A DNA stretch of 64,000 nt from Gekko japonicus (Eukaryota): positions 774,557 to 838,556 of the forward strand of contig NW_015173680.1 of assembly GCF_001447785.1 (NCBI RefSeq). Direction: 5' to 3'. The notes under the pieces are model-generated. The model was not told where the DNA came from and did not search any database. It saw only the letters and a list, made by a program, of their open reading frames with translations. Made by a program: the position numbers and the translations under genes. Within the stretch, counting starts at the first letter, position 1, and every line of letters starts with the position of its first letter. Shown here one piece after another: positions 44,101-58,100 of the stretch.

Positions 44101-47100
44101 AGCAGCTAGTGGAACTTCCCAGTGGTGAGAGGGTGTGATGTTTGGGGTCAGTACAGTACCTTTTCATCCTCTACAAGTCTTCTTGGAAGAGACTAGAAAA
44201 GCAGAGGAGACTAAATGGGGGAGGGCCTTACCTTCTCTGTAATTCCATTGAACTTGGCCAGGATGTTGAAAAGTGGCACCTGGGGGATAATAAGCTGCTC
44301 CTTCTCATCCTTGTACAGGGGGGCTGTGGGGAGGTCCAGAGTCAGGTACATGAAGGTGGATTCCACCATTTTTTCCTGGTACTCATCATTCTGGAGCAGC
44401 TGCTCCTTCTCCTCTGCTGGCTGAGAGGGGGGGACAAAGCAACCACAATTAGCAGAGCTGGCCGATGCAGAAGGACAAGCCTGGGGGCAGACATATGGTT
44501 GCCCTGGCAGAGGGAAAGAAGATGGGCTGAGAATACAGAAGTTTACCCCCATGTCAACAGTGATTCTGGTCTGCCCCTTGCAGGATGGAGCCAAGTATAG
44601 AGAAAGAACATGGCTTCCTAAGTACACTGTGTGTTATGCTTGTAGTTCTCTCTTTTTAATGTTTTTTTCCCCTAGCCAAGATAGTTACAAAGAGAATTCT
44701 AAAAATATGGACTATAGGAACTCTTGAAAGACCTTTGTGGGACTTCTAATAATCAGACTCTGCTTTCTTCATAGGCAACTACTTTCCAAACAACTATTTA
44801 TTTTACTTCACCCACAAAGGCATGGCTCAGTCAGTCAATTCACACAATCAGTAGAGCAAATTCTTAAGTATATGGCAGCTTATGTTCATTCCCTCATACC
44901 AGGAGTTAAGCATGAGGAGAAAACACTCACACATCCTTCATCTAGAAGCAGTCTCATGTATATATACACACCCCTAACAATAAAAACCCTTCAAGCTACA
45001 CAAGCTACTTTGTGCTGGATTGTCCTTGGGATTCTGCAGGGAACTTTTCAATCCCTTCAGTGTAGTTCATGTGCTGTTTGTTATGAATCACTGCCACTGC
45101 AACACTAAATTCTAAAGTCAGAGGAAGGATTCCTATGCTTTGTGCATGGCTGACACTAATTAAACTTTACACTACAGCACGGAGGTGATTAACTCCCCTC
45201 TTACCTCCAAGACTCCTCCCATGTACTCCCCCCCCCCCATTTTTATGAGCAAGAACAAGCCCATTTGCAGAAAACTTGCCAGATCTGGGTGCGGCAATTT
45301 CTTGGTGAATATCCGCATGGAGCCCTGGAACACATCTGTCACGATGGCTGCAAATACAGGTAGTGGAGGAGGAAAGGTTACTGTTCATTCATTGCAACAT
45401 ATTTCTCCCTGCCCCTTGCCCCGCTTGATTAGTAGATTCCTTGCACAATAGGAATTGTCTAGGATCAACATTGTTGCTCGTTAAGATGCCAAGACTGTGT
45501 TCTGGGTGCAGCATCACAGATGATGGTATCATTGCACGGCTGTTATATCTTCCTGGGCTGCCCAGGAATGTATGCCCATCACTCCTCACCTAGAAATCCA
45601 AGACACAGTCCAAGATTTCTCCTGCTCTCAGAGAATATAAGTAATCCTGCCAAGCACTTCCTGCTTTTACATGAGCCACTTCTTTCTTTGGGCAGGTTTC
45701 ATCTCTGCTGTCCCACAAGTCATTCAGTTTTGCCTTGCTCCTGTGTTCTCTCCAAGCAGCAAGAGCAGGCTGAGAGTCTTACAGTGCCATCCCAAGCAGA
45801 GCTGCAACCTTCTAAATCTATTGAAGCCAATGGTGCTTAAAAGGATGTAATTCTACTTGGGGTGGCACCGTAAGTAACACTGGGAGTACGGAGCAAGAGA
45901 GTAGGCCCCTTGATTGCCCTCAGCAGCCAGGCAGACAACAATGGTGAGGGGGAGCGAGATCCATGTTCTCAATACACTCTTCCCCTGGCATGTTTGGTGG
46001 CAATGTAATAATGTACAACTTTTTTGGAAGGATGTTCTCTCAGTTATTTACCAGATAACTAAATATAAAGTACCTTTAGATCCAAAGATTCTAATATTTA
46101 ATATTTGGCCTCGTTTAGATATTACTCACGCTAAAAAAACCTCTGCGCAGCAGCAAGAATTACTTTAGCAAGGTTTTGGAAGAGCTCTAGCCCGGTTCCA
46201 ATTAATAGTTGGATTTTGAAAGTTAGTGAACTTTGTATGTTAGATAAGATTACTGAATCTCTAAGACAAACGAGTAATGAAAGTTATCAGTCCAATTTTA
46301 CATCAATGTGGTTTCAGTTTCTGGAGTATTTATCATATAAAGAAGACTGTTTCAACACTAAATGCAATTCTTGTATTGTAACAGTTGAGAAGTAGGAACC
46401 TATTACTGGCTGATTTTTTCTTCATTGTATTAGTTTTATTTTCTTTTTCTTGTAGTTTTAATTGTAATTGTAAAGTTCTGGATTTCTGATTTTCTTTTTC
46501 TTGTAACAAAAATGTAATATTACAGTTATTTTTTGACACAGTTATATTGTAAACTTGTTGAAAACATTTAATAAAAAATTATTTTTTAAAAAATACACTC
46601 TTCCCAAAGGTAGCCGTTGCTAAAAAAATCTCATCTCACATTTCCTAGGTAAACCAGAACCGGTTTATCTGCTGATCTTCCCCCAGGTAAAGGAGAACAA
46701 CTCAGAGATGTTTATATGATCCTACTCAGCATCACTGAAGACACATACTTCAGAGAATGCTCAGTTTTATAACCCAGGTGCACAAACTAACACGACAGGA
46801 ACTGGCCATGCCAACCCAACTCAGCAACCTCAGACTTACTTTTTTTCTTCTTCTTTGTCCCACCAAGAGCAGAGTGCAAGGCATTCAAGAACCAGGAAAG
46901 GAAGTCAACTCCATCACCTGGCAAACAGGGAAAGGATGGAGAGCATGAAAGGAGAAGGGCTGGGGGCTGTAGCATGACACAATGATGGCATTAGAGAGCC
47001 AGCTCTACAGTTGAAAATGAAACCTCCTCTTCATCAGACAGGTGATCATAGGTTTAAGCCCTAACAAAGGATGGGAGCAATGTACTCATCAGCACTACCG

Positions 47101-50100
47101 GCCTCCTCAGAAAGTAACTGGTCTGGTAATTAACATAATCTGCACACCTGAGCGCCCCCCCCCCAATCCCCAGACTGCTGATTTGACCTAAGCCCTGCCT
47201 CACCTTGCTTGGTGATCTGGAAGTTTTTCTTGCTGCAGAGAACCACCGCCTGCAGCATTTCGTGGGGAGAAACGTGAGCTTTGAAGTTCCGGGGATTCCA
47301 CAGCTTCCTCATGAGCTCCCCAAACCTTTGGACCAGCAGAAACATGATGTCCCCAGGAGGGCGTTGGATGTTCTTATAGTTCTCCTCCTCCAAGAAATAA
47401 TTCCGCAGGGGTGGGACATTAGATAGTGCCTAGGAATACATGTGAGAGGTCAGTGGCAAAGTATTCCCACTTCACTGTACAGCCCACTCGCCCTCAACTT
47501 GCTGGGCAGTATCACAGTTAAAGTGGATACAGTATAACCTAGTAAATTAATTTTAAAAGAACATCAGCATTACTGACTCCTTCAACAACCTTGCTCTAGT
47601 TAATTTTTTAGTTTAATAGCTACTAAGCAGTTTGGACAATGAAGTCCAATTTCCCAGGGGTCAACCCAAAAGAACAGGATCCAAACTCAAACTGGGTTAC
47701 TCCTGCTGCCACCAGCACCTGGCAGGCTAGAGGAAAGATTTACATACAAAAGCCTCTGCCTCTAACCTGCTGATAGTCTTTTTCACAATAGTTTTGTATG
47801 TTATACCATTGTTTTATTTTGGATGGCACCTTGAGTAATTTGTCTGGAGAGGCAGCATTATTTTTTCCAAATAATTAAATCGGTAATTACTGGAGTTTGT
47901 CGGGCTGCCCTCTTGTTTGCTCTTCCCACAATCCAACTGGAATTTACCTAGCAGTAAACGTGAAGAGTAAAATCTGCCTGATTATTCCCACAATAAAGAT
48001 GTAACCTGGTTATTTAGGAACAATTCCTCATTCAGCTAGAATGGTGAGTGGCTAGAGTAGGATCTGGGAGACCTAGGTATAAAGGCTCCATATGCAATGA
48101 GGCTTGCTGGTTACACTACCCACTCCGCAGAGGAAGGATGGGATAGAATACACTCCTAGACAGAACACTGGTTAAATTTTTACTATTATTGTTTCTAATG
48201 TCATGTTAGTGATCAACTTGTAATTTGTTTTTGCACCATTTTTGATGTGTCTCTATGGCTAATCACTAATTTTGATAAAGTAGGGGCTACCAGGCTATAG
48301 AGTCTTAACTAGAGAGGTAAGCATATTTCACTGCAGTCCACTGGGATTTACTCACAACCAAATGTGCCTAAAATAGTACTACATTGACTTTGCAATCATG
48401 TCAAGATTTCTGGGGTGTTGGAGGGAACAAAAACAGAAAAAAAGAGGGGGGGGGGGGGGGGGTAATGACAAGGAAGAAATAAAATGGGTTAGGAATGCAG
48501 TAACTAAGCAGCGGGTGGTGCTTCTGCTGAGCCCCTGGGGAAAAAGCCAGCAGCTGACATAAAGCCACAGACGGAGAGCAGCTGCCACTGGGAAATCTCA
48601 CAATGGAGCCACAGTTTCTGCACAGCCTGAGGCCATGGTAGTTGTCTTCAGACAAGGAGAAGAAGACTCGCAAATGTAAGCAGGTTTGCACTCTGTCCTC
48701 CTGCAAGAATGCCTATTCTCAGGAGGAGGAGGAGGGTCCACCTGGCCTAGTGCCAAGACTGGAGCCCTCTCTCTCTGGAGCTGATTCTCTGGCAATCTGC
48801 ATTCAGGGTGGGAGAGTCTCACTCTCTTCACCACCTGGACAGATGCAGTGGGGAAACTTCCTGGAGTGTATCAGAACTCCACCTCACAACTCAAAGAAAA
48901 GCTGAGAGGTGGCATTTTGACCACTCCCCACAGGAAGGAAACTTTTCCATGAATCCTATGAGGCTTACATTTCCCAATCACAAGCCTCAGCTAAGGCTAA
49001 ACTGCCAGTCCCACCCAACCCAACCCTCCCACACAGCACAGCTTCCCACACCACTTGTTGTGCACCCATGCTCAAGCCACAAGTGGTCCTACAAGCAGCC
49101 TCTGGATAGCAGAATACATTTGCAACAATGCTTGATGTGTGGCTGAGCCTACCATGAAAGTGACTGTGGAACAGTCACAACCTATTGCACGTTGATTTCA
49201 ATGCATTTCAAACACATTACCTGGAGTATCGCATTGGCATAGTCATTAGCTTTGATGTTGTTCAGTCCCACAATGCCAGGCAAGTATGTGGTACCATCGT
49301 AGGCCCGAGAAAGTTTGGCCTGCTTGTCCAGGTTGGCTATTTGCTGCTTCGTGAAGGTGGGCTTCAAAACATACTGCAGACAGGAAGGAGAGAGCACATC
49401 AGCTTGAAGCCAAATTCTTTGTTTTTGCTGAATGGTCAGTCTAACCCCTTCTTAATAAGAGCTTTGGCTCAGGAGTGGGGGGGGGGCTTTACACAGCAAT
49501 GTGCCACTTTCTAAAGACAGATCAAGATGGGTAGCTATGTTAATCTGTCTGTAGCAGTAGAACAGAGCAAGAGTCCAGTAGCGGCTTAAAGACTAACCAA
49601 ATTTGCGGCAGGATGAGTTTTCGTGAAGTGAGCAGTGACTCACGAAAGGTCATACCCTGCCATAAGTTCTGTTAGTCTTTAAGGTGCTATTGGACTCTTG
49701 CTCTTTTCTGCTGCTAACGACAAAGACCTATGTGTCTCCAAACTAAGATTTTCAAAGTGACAAAAAATAGCCAGGAAGCATCTTCCCTAAATTATTGTTC
49801 TGAAGGTATGTTCAAATACAAAACCAAACCTGATCCTGCTATTAACAAGAAAGGAGTCTGCATTGGTTGAGGAATGTAGGAGATAACGTTTGCATTTGTA
49901 ACATTTTAAATTTTATTGTTATATTTATTTTTTCAAGAAAAAAAAAGAATTAGATGTATATCATGAGTTTATAATTTAGGACATGAAGCCTGCAAACCAC
50001 TTTTACCTCTAACAAGAGACTTTATGGCTAGTCATCGCCACTTTGAAACCTGGAGATCTGCCCTCTGTCCTTTCTGTCAATCAGTGTTGTACATACTGGA

Positions 50101-50480
50101 ACTACCATTGCCTTCAAAGACCTTTATATCAAGTGGCACCTAAGAATCTGAAGAATCTCTTGCTGCGATACTTCCCATCAATTGGCATTCCAGGAACTGA
50201 TGCAGAAACATTTTTTTTTGCACACACTTGATCAACCAATGAGAATAATGGCTAGTAACAACTCTGTCTTTATAAATTCTGTGGGGGTTACAAATTTTAA
50301 AAAAAGCTCTGGAATTGAGGTTTTCTTTTTCCCTGTGTGTTTTTAAAATCCTATGTGATGGAAACTAAAACATTGGGGGGGGGTATGTATCGTAAGACCC
50401 TCTGCACCGCTTGCAGTGGAAGCTTCAGCGAGGAGTCATTAAGCCAATACTGGAAAACTTGTAATAAAATATTTCAACTC

Positions 50481-50513
<33 letters not shown>

Positions 50514-53500
50514 TTGCAAGGGAAGTAAGGAAAAGGCAAGCTCCTGTGACAGAACAGAAACTCTTCCTGACATATAATCCATAGAGGTAGCAACCAAACA
50601 AGTTTTAAGATAGCCCAGGAAAGCTTGCGTTTCAAAAAGGGAAAAGGCCAACAAATATAGCAGGGCTCACTAGACCATTATTGTGGGCAACATGTCTGCG
50701 GTGACCATGCTCATGTGTGAGCGCGCACACTCCATCAAGGTTACTTACCGTGATATCTTCAAGGGAAGAGTCGATGATTTCATAATTGTCTGGCAGGCAA
50801 TAGAACTTCAAAGTGTGAAGGTTGAGAAAGACGTGGTGGCTGAACTGTACACTGTGAATGTATGCATGGGACTTCAAGCCTCGACCTACAGAGAAGGAAG
50901 AAGACGGGTAAACCAGGAGAGCGTCTTACAGTTGACTTCTGGCAGGTGAACTACTCTAGAAATCCTTGAAAATACAAAACTAGAATAAGAAAGGGGAGGT
51001 GGAGGCTTTAAAGATATCTCACAGCACTTAAGATGGAGGGGCATGTGTGTTACGGGAGGAGAAAAAGGACTGCAAGAAAGGCGAAGAGACAGAGTAATGA
51101 AAGGCAGCAGAACAAAACAGGCAGTGGGCTGCAAAGCCACAATGAGAACTGAAAACCGCTGAAGGAGAGAGGAACAAAAGTAGGACTGGAGCAGTGGACT
51201 AGTGACTAGGATCCTAAAGTGGTGTTCTATAGGCACAGCAGCTGCTCCTCTGATGGAACAGCTTTTCTGTCTATAGAGGAGGGCAGGGAAGGGAGATTCT
51301 GCCCTCCTGCTGCAGACTCCCAGTTTGCTCTGCTCCTCATGCTGCTCCTTAGGGTATGCTGACTTGAAGGAGCACAGATGCAGGAGACACAGGAGAGTGT
51401 AGTGAAAGGGGGAAGTTAACTTCCTTTAGTGCAACTCTGCTTGCACTGCTCAGGATCCAAGCCACGACTGGCAGAAAGCAGACATACAAGGGAGTCTGAG
51501 GACTAACGAGCCAAGTGAACATCAGGCACTACACCAGACAGGGCAATCCTGCCATAAGGATTCTACTGTAACTGCAACTGCAACATCCCCAACCCTAAAG
51601 GAGGGGGAAAGCTCCCAAAAAGGTTGTGCGAGGGGAATGAAGTTCACATACTGATTGGAACTAATGGGCCAGTTCTTGAGCTGCAGGCTCCCAGGAGCAT
51701 CATTAAAAATTAACTGACACAGTAGCATGATGGTAACACCCCCCCCCCTTCAGAAGTTTGTTGTGAGCAAAAGAGATACACACAACATATTAAGCCTACA
51801 TTGTCGAGACCCGTCCTTTGTTTTGCATGATACCCATAACTACTAAAAAGTATCATTTGATTCTAAGGTAGTACTGCCCAGTACACTCTCTTTTTGGACA
51901 GGAAAGCCTAGAACGAATGTAAACTCACCCTGGAAATATTTTCCACATACCAAACAGGCGTAGACATTAATATGCGAGAGTGAGATTGAACACAGCTTCT
52001 CAAAATCAAAGTCCAGAACACTCCTAGAAGAGCAGAATATTAAGTAATTAATCACCATGGGGCAGACAGATGCCTCAACACAACAGAACTCAGCAACATG
52101 TGTGGGATGAAGCCATCATTTCAAACCAGGCCATTCTCACATTGAGCACAGCATTTTGGGAGACTGCATTTGAAGCTCACCACATCAGTGTGTTAAGAAT
52201 GATACAACTCTAAAAGAGTGGTGCACTTATCTAATTGTGCCACTCTTATAGGTATCTGGACCAAACACCATTACTACATCTAAATCCATGCATGCAAAGG
52301 AAAAGAAAAATTATTTCATAGGGTTCAGCTGCCTAATGTTTTCTGCCATAAACAGTGTACATTTTCAAGCCTAATGATTAATTTAATGCTCCCCACAATT
52401 ACACACTATTTTCTCTATATACTGACTTGTTTATGGTGTCCAAGTATGGGCAGTGCCTGCTCCGCCGGTCCTCTGGGTCAAAGCGACCATATTTCACTGA
52501 AACAGGCAAGCAGAAAGGCAAGTGAGAAACATGCTTTAGGGCCTTCAGCACCAAAGAATAAACAAGCACACCAAAATATATGCATTCAGAAAAAGCCTCA
52601 CAACAAAGTACTGTCCTATCCATAACAGGAGAAAACTATTTATTTATACATTTTCATGGGTGCTTTTCTAGCAGAATACTAAGTTGATGTACATAAAGAG
52701 CAACAGAGAAAAAGCCAATAAAATAAATGAAAAAGATACAGCAGCATAAAGGTCAACAGCAAAAACATTATCGCCTGCATTCCTCAGCCAATGCCATCTT
52801 CTAAGCTGAGGGCTAGTTATGACTTGTCAACTTCTGTTGAATGACATTTACAACTGCAACATCTGTTGGTATCTAAATATGGTCCTAGGGCATTTTATTA
52901 TTTTTTTATTATTATTTTTTTACACTTATATCCCGCCCTCCCCAGTGGGCTCAGGGCAGCTAACAGAGACCAGATCATTAGTCTAGCCATAAATAAAAAC
53001 ATAATAAAAACATCACAACTAAGACTAAAGTGCTCTATCCAGTTACTAGTGTCCTAGATCCAAGATGGTATCCCCATGACTCGAGCTGGTATTCTCAGCG
53101 TACATATCCAGTGGCGACGGCCTTTCCGATGTAATTCCAAGTTCTTCCTAGAGCCCCGTCAATGCATCCATTCAGGTGTCTTGACGGTTATAATTCGTTT
53201 TTTATAGGCTTCTTGGTACCAAAATCACAAGGCAGTAGGGTTTGTCATCAGCTAATGATCTTTCCCCCAAAAAAGCTTCACACACTGTGTCATGAGTGCA
53301 ACAACTCTTTTGATTCAGTGACAACCTAGACAGCAAATCAGTTGATACTCCTTTACATGGACTCAAATTCATGCTGCTGGCACTGAATAGCACTTTGAAT
53401 GAATAAAGTGCTTTACAGTCTTTATTGTTTAGGCACACTATAACCTTGCAAGGTAGGCAAGTTGGCACTACAACTCCTACTTTACATATACAACAGCTGA

Positions 53501-54025
53501 TCTTGGAAATATGATTTGCCCATGACACAACAAATCCACGGCACAGAAAACCTTAATAAATCGCCAAAGCCAGATCCTGAAAAGGCACCTGCACCTTTAG
53601 CGGACACATAAGAACCACATAAGAACCTGCTTCGAGTCTCGTTTTTGGTAGAGAGAAAAGTGGGTTTATGATTATTTTAATAAACAGAACCTTTGTCCCG
53701 TCCTTGTGTGAAACCCGTCCTGAACTAGCGGCCACCACATCTTGTAGCACAGGTAGCTCCACAAGATAACACAAACGAGTACACCCTTAACAGGCTGGTG
53801 GTTCAACCTACCGGTGGGTTCCTCATCCTCGTCCTCCTCTTCGGGCTCCCGCTTGATTCGGGGCTCGTCGTCGTCGGGCTCTCGCTTCACACGCACCTGG
53901 TCCCGACCCCCCAAGCTTCGAGATACGCCGCTCTGTATACCCGGCTCTTGCTTAATCCGGCTCGAAAGCGAGTTTCGCTGAGACAGCTCACGTGAACTCC
54001 GCTCCCGCTTCACCCGTACGGACAT
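41170..54025 (-). CDS. USP39: U4/U6.U5 tri-snRNP-associated protein 2 (inactive ubiquitin-specific protease 39), 548 aa. Exons: 54025-53812, 52496-52427, 52023-51929, 50885-50749, 49373-49221, 47429-47204, 46917-46840, 45347-45280, 44420-44232, 43484-43342, 42310-42175, 41801-41715, 41220-41170
   Basis: ZnF-UBP 'CPYLDTINKSVLDFDFEKLCSISLSHINVYACLVCGKYFQG'; inactive Cys box GLNNIKANDYAN; ends IWKRRDNEEETNQQGA*. Phases are consistent (1647 nt) if intron 8 uses a GC donor. Minus-strand ATTAAA at 40772. Confidence 0.96.
45985..46591 (+). mobile_element. 5'-truncated L1-clade 3' end in USP39 intron 7
   Basis: ORF2 C-terminal 'WHVWWQC...FWKDV'; AATAAA plus A-rich tail; 14-bp TSD AATACACTCTTCCC at 45971-45984 and 46592-46605. 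Confidence 0.85.
49520..49716. mobile_element. Penelope-like pLTR fragment in inverted (hairpin) arrangement
   Basis: Arms 49552-49626 and 49640-49716 are imperfect reverse complements; the centre carries GAAGTGAGCAGTGACTCACGAAA, a hammerhead stem II plus GAAA. Confidence 0.7.
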
Positions 54026-55139
54026 CTCTACGGAGACAGAACGACTATTTGCATATCTGCGCATGTCCAAAGCACCACCAGGCGCACCCGGAAATCATCA
54101 CTTGGAAAGCGCCGGTTAATCCAACTGTAATCAACGGCATCAGAGGCTTTAAGACAGCGCATGCGAGTCGGAGGTCAACGTATGTGGAACCTGCGCGCGC
54201 ATAATGTCTTTTTAAACGCTACCTGCACCCGCGGTCCCGATCTAGTGCATGTTTACTCAGAAGCAAGTCCCAGTCATTTCAGCAGAACTTACACCCAACT
54301 AAGTGTGCAAACAGTTGCAGCCAGTACTTGCTGTGTGTGCAAATGTAGCCTTTTATCAGAACAGCAGTTGCACCATTCAGCCGCTATTGGTGGTTATTTA
54401 GCCCCAAAATAGTAGCTGTACTATTGTAATTAATAATCTTGGTTTAAACGTGGTACTCTGGAGTGCAAAGCTCCCCAGGTGTGTGCTTTTGTCTCAGCCA
54501 GCGCCACGTTTAAAACAGGTCTAAACTGTTTCAAGGTCTGGAGGCCTCACTTCAAAAAGGATGTGGACAGAATGAAGCGGGGGCAGAGGAGAGAGGCCNN
54601 NNNNNNNNNNNNNNNNNNNNNNNNNNNNNCACAGCATCGCCCCCCCCCCCCCAACCTCCTCTGCTCCAGACTGAACATTCCCAAGTCCCTCAGTCCCTGG
54701 TTGGACAAGATGGCCTGTATGTGGCCCCTTCCAACTCTGTGATTCTATGATTCTATAAGTGGCGGTTCTTTCCTATGATCCCACTCCTGTGACGCACAAG
54801 CGCGCGCACTTTTTAAACGGACTCTTGCTATATGCCTAAACTACTATTATGCCAGGAATTGCCATCGCTCCGATCGAAACCAGCCTTTCCCGGGCACCTA
54901 GGGACGGCCTCAGCTTCACTGATGCCCGGCGTGGCGGGAATCAGCCTCGGCATCTGCGGCCAACACTGGGGTGATTGAAGCCACCCTTCGCCCATACACC
55001 ATGTGCGTTCCTCTCTCCTCGGCAAGGCAACTGCGGTAGGAGAGGCAGCGCTTGGGGGCGGGCGCTTCACTGGCTCCTCCCCCGGGGGGGTGGCCACTCT
55101 GCCTTCGGGTTCCGGAGGCGGAGGCGAAGGTGGATTTCC
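54026..55139. promoter_or_regulatory. Bidirectional (head-to-head) promoter region of USP39 and C2orf68
   Basis: Divergent ATGs 1.1 kb apart; CpG-rich ends; NRF1-like GCGCATGCG at ~54158; ETS-like CCGGAAAT at ~54088. Confidence 0.75.
54530..54757. mobile_element. Rearranged CR1 fragment between USP39 and C2orf68
   Basis: 'WRPHFKKDVDRMKRGQRR' (CR1 ORF2), an inverted segment next to the gap, and an (ATTCTRTG)n-type tail. Confidence 0.7.
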
Positions 55140-58100
55140 ATGGACTCGGCGGCGGTGGGGCCGGAAGCGGAGCAGGGTAGTCCGGCGTGGGGGGGCTGCC
55201 GGCCGGGAGGACGCCTGGACATGAGCCATGGATTCGTAAAGCACATCAGGCGCAACCAGATCGCCAGGTACCGGCTGTTCCGTGGGAAGAGCCTGCGAGG
55301 GAGCCGAGTTCCGACCCCCAGCCCAGATAGCCAGTTCTGGAGAAACCTCCTCCGTGGGGGGGCTGAAAAGCCCCAGTTGAGCTAATAGAAGCACATAGCT
55401 TTTATGTAGCTAGGTACAAATGAGACGCATGCGTTATTGTAGTTCCGCTCTGGAAGCCATTAAGTTTTGATCTTTACAACAACCCTGTGAGGTAGATCTG
55501 TATTATTGCATGCAGAGGGGAGGCCGAGGGAGAGACCGCCTGTTAAGGTAAGGACAGAGGCGAGATTTGAAACGGGACTTGCTGTTTGTTCACCTCTTCT
55601 CATTACAGTAGCTTTTGAGGGTTCTAGTTATCTTTTGTACCCCTTGACAGTACACTGTCTCAGTTGCCCTTACATCAGCCCTGTAGGGTAGGTCAGTATG
55701 ATTACTCCCGTTGAAGAATAAGATCATCATTTTAGAGTGCATTCTTATGTATGCTTAGTTAGATGTAAAACAAATTTAGAGTCCAGTGGCCCCTTTAAGA
55801 CCAACGAAGTTTTATTTATTTGTTCTACTGCTTCAGACCAAATACAGCTGACCAACTGGATCGATCTTCATAATTAGATGTGAGTTACACTAAATTCTGT
55901 GGGTTTTACTCTCAGGTAAACATGCAAATTGCAGCCCTAATAATGTAACTTGACAGCAAAAGGCTGAGCAGTTAACTGCTGATGTTCTACACCAAGGCCC
56001 CCCAACCTTTTTTTGAGCCTATAGGCACCTTTGTAATTCTGACACAGGATGTTGGGTGCATCCACAAAATGGCTGCTATTCATACAATAAATTCTTTTAT
56101 AAGTCTCTGCAGGATCAGGACTAAAGGAAACAATTCTGGCCAGTCTGTAGCAGTAGGAAAAGAGCAAGAGTCCAGTACCATTTTAACGACTGTAACAAAA
56201 TTTGTGGCAGGGTATGAGCACATTCATGCTTGCAATTTTGGATGAAACAGGCTGTTTAGGAAAGAGAGACACTGCATGCAGGTTAGGCAATCAAAGAAAT
56301 TCCTCCATCATTTGAATAATTGAGAATTCACACAATTAACAGGGGGAAAGCTGTAAGCAGGAACACTTTCTCAGCTGTGTGTCACTGCTCAATCTCTCCA
56401 AAGTGTCCCATTAAAAGACTTCTTGTCCTTTCATTTCCTTTCCAGGGATGACTACGACAAGGAGATGAAGCAAGCCAAGGAAAAGGTGAAGAAGAGGCAC
56501 ACGCCAGCCCCTGCCCGACCCAAAAAACCAGATCAGCAGGTCTATCATCCCCGTCAAAGAAGTGAGTTCAATCAACCATGTCTTGTCCAGCTTATTGTGT
56601 TTTAGTTCCTGAGTGGCAGTTTTCTTGAGAAAAGGAGAACAATGGTCCCAGTCACACGGGCCGTAAAATGCCGGGGGGGGGGGAGCGTGGCAGTTTGGCT
56701 CAGAGCAAAATAACGCGCGGCAGCCCAATCACAGGTCCCGTCGAGGTCCCGTGGGTAGGGGCAAGGTGGCAATCACATGATGATCCTGCAGCGCGGCAAA
56801 GAAGCGGCACGATCTCACCAACGGCATGCGCGATTCTGCGGAGCAACGGAACTTTCGCTTTCTTCTTCGTGCGCATGCGCCGTTGGGTGCTTGTGCGCAT
56901 CCTGTGGAGACTTGGGGGGGGGAACCTGTTTGCGACGGGACATGGGCAGGCGCCGGATGCCACGGACTACCACCGGAAACGCGATCAGACGCCAGCCCTT
57001 GCCCCGCGGTTTCCGGAAACTAGTACCTCGGAGGTACTAGTTTTTAACTCCACATCTTCGGTGGGAAGCCTCGGGTTCGCCATGGGAGCTCTACACTTCC
57101 CAGATGTTGCGGTGTGATCACGCCCGGAAAATCTGCCTATCATCCGTCTCAGTAGCATGGCTAATGCTCCGTGTGACCACAGCCAATGTTTATTTCCAGG
57201 GCCTGATTATGCTAAGTACTTTCAAATTATTTGACTCCTTACTGCAGAATATTTTAATTCCAAAGCAGGTTGCTGTGGCCAGTATTAAAACAGACTGAGG
57301 CCCTGGTCACACGGGCCGGATAATACGGGGGGGAGGCGGGGCTTTTTGCGCTGCCGCAATTAGAGCCACCATAACGCGATCCCACGTGTTGGTGGTACAC
57401 CATGGTTCCTTCCCTCCGTGCCTACGTATCAACGGGGGGCTGGAGGGAAAAGCCGCGGCTGGCGCGATCACACCAAGGGACTCCGGAGGCAGCCCGTGGC
57501 AAACCGGTTGCTAGTACCTTCGAGCAGGTAGTTTTTGGCCCCGGTCACATGGGAGGTTTAGCCCCGCAAGAGGGATGGATTGGGGGTGCAGCAAACGGCC
57601 TTGATCACACCGCAACATCTGGGAAGCAGCGCCCACCTGTCCCCGATCCGTCCCTGAAAGCTGATAACGTGCAGCAAAAAAGAACCTACAAAAGAGCAGT
57701 ACCTACCTGAAACGCCGCAGCAAGTGCGGCTGTGGGATCGCCGGCGCGCCTGTCTTCAGGAGCAGTCAAGGCTCCTGGCAGAAGTGCGCATGCGCACACA
57801 TGTGCAGCCGGCTGCCTCGTTCTCCCTTCCGTGGCTTCCCCCTGGCATCTGATCATGCCGGGGAGCAACTGCGCAGTGGCTTGGGGGATCTGTCTGATCC
57901 CGCCGCCGCGTGTCTCTTTTGGTGCAGCTTTAAAAAGCCACACGTTGGCCGCATCATTTCCCCCCGTGTGGCCGGGGCCTTTAATTGTGCATTTTCGGCA
58001 TTGCGCCACGGGTTGGCCACAGGTGCGCTCCACTTCCCAGATGTTGCGGTGTGATCGCGCCCGGATAATCCGCCATGCAATCGTCGCTCTCCCGCAGCAA

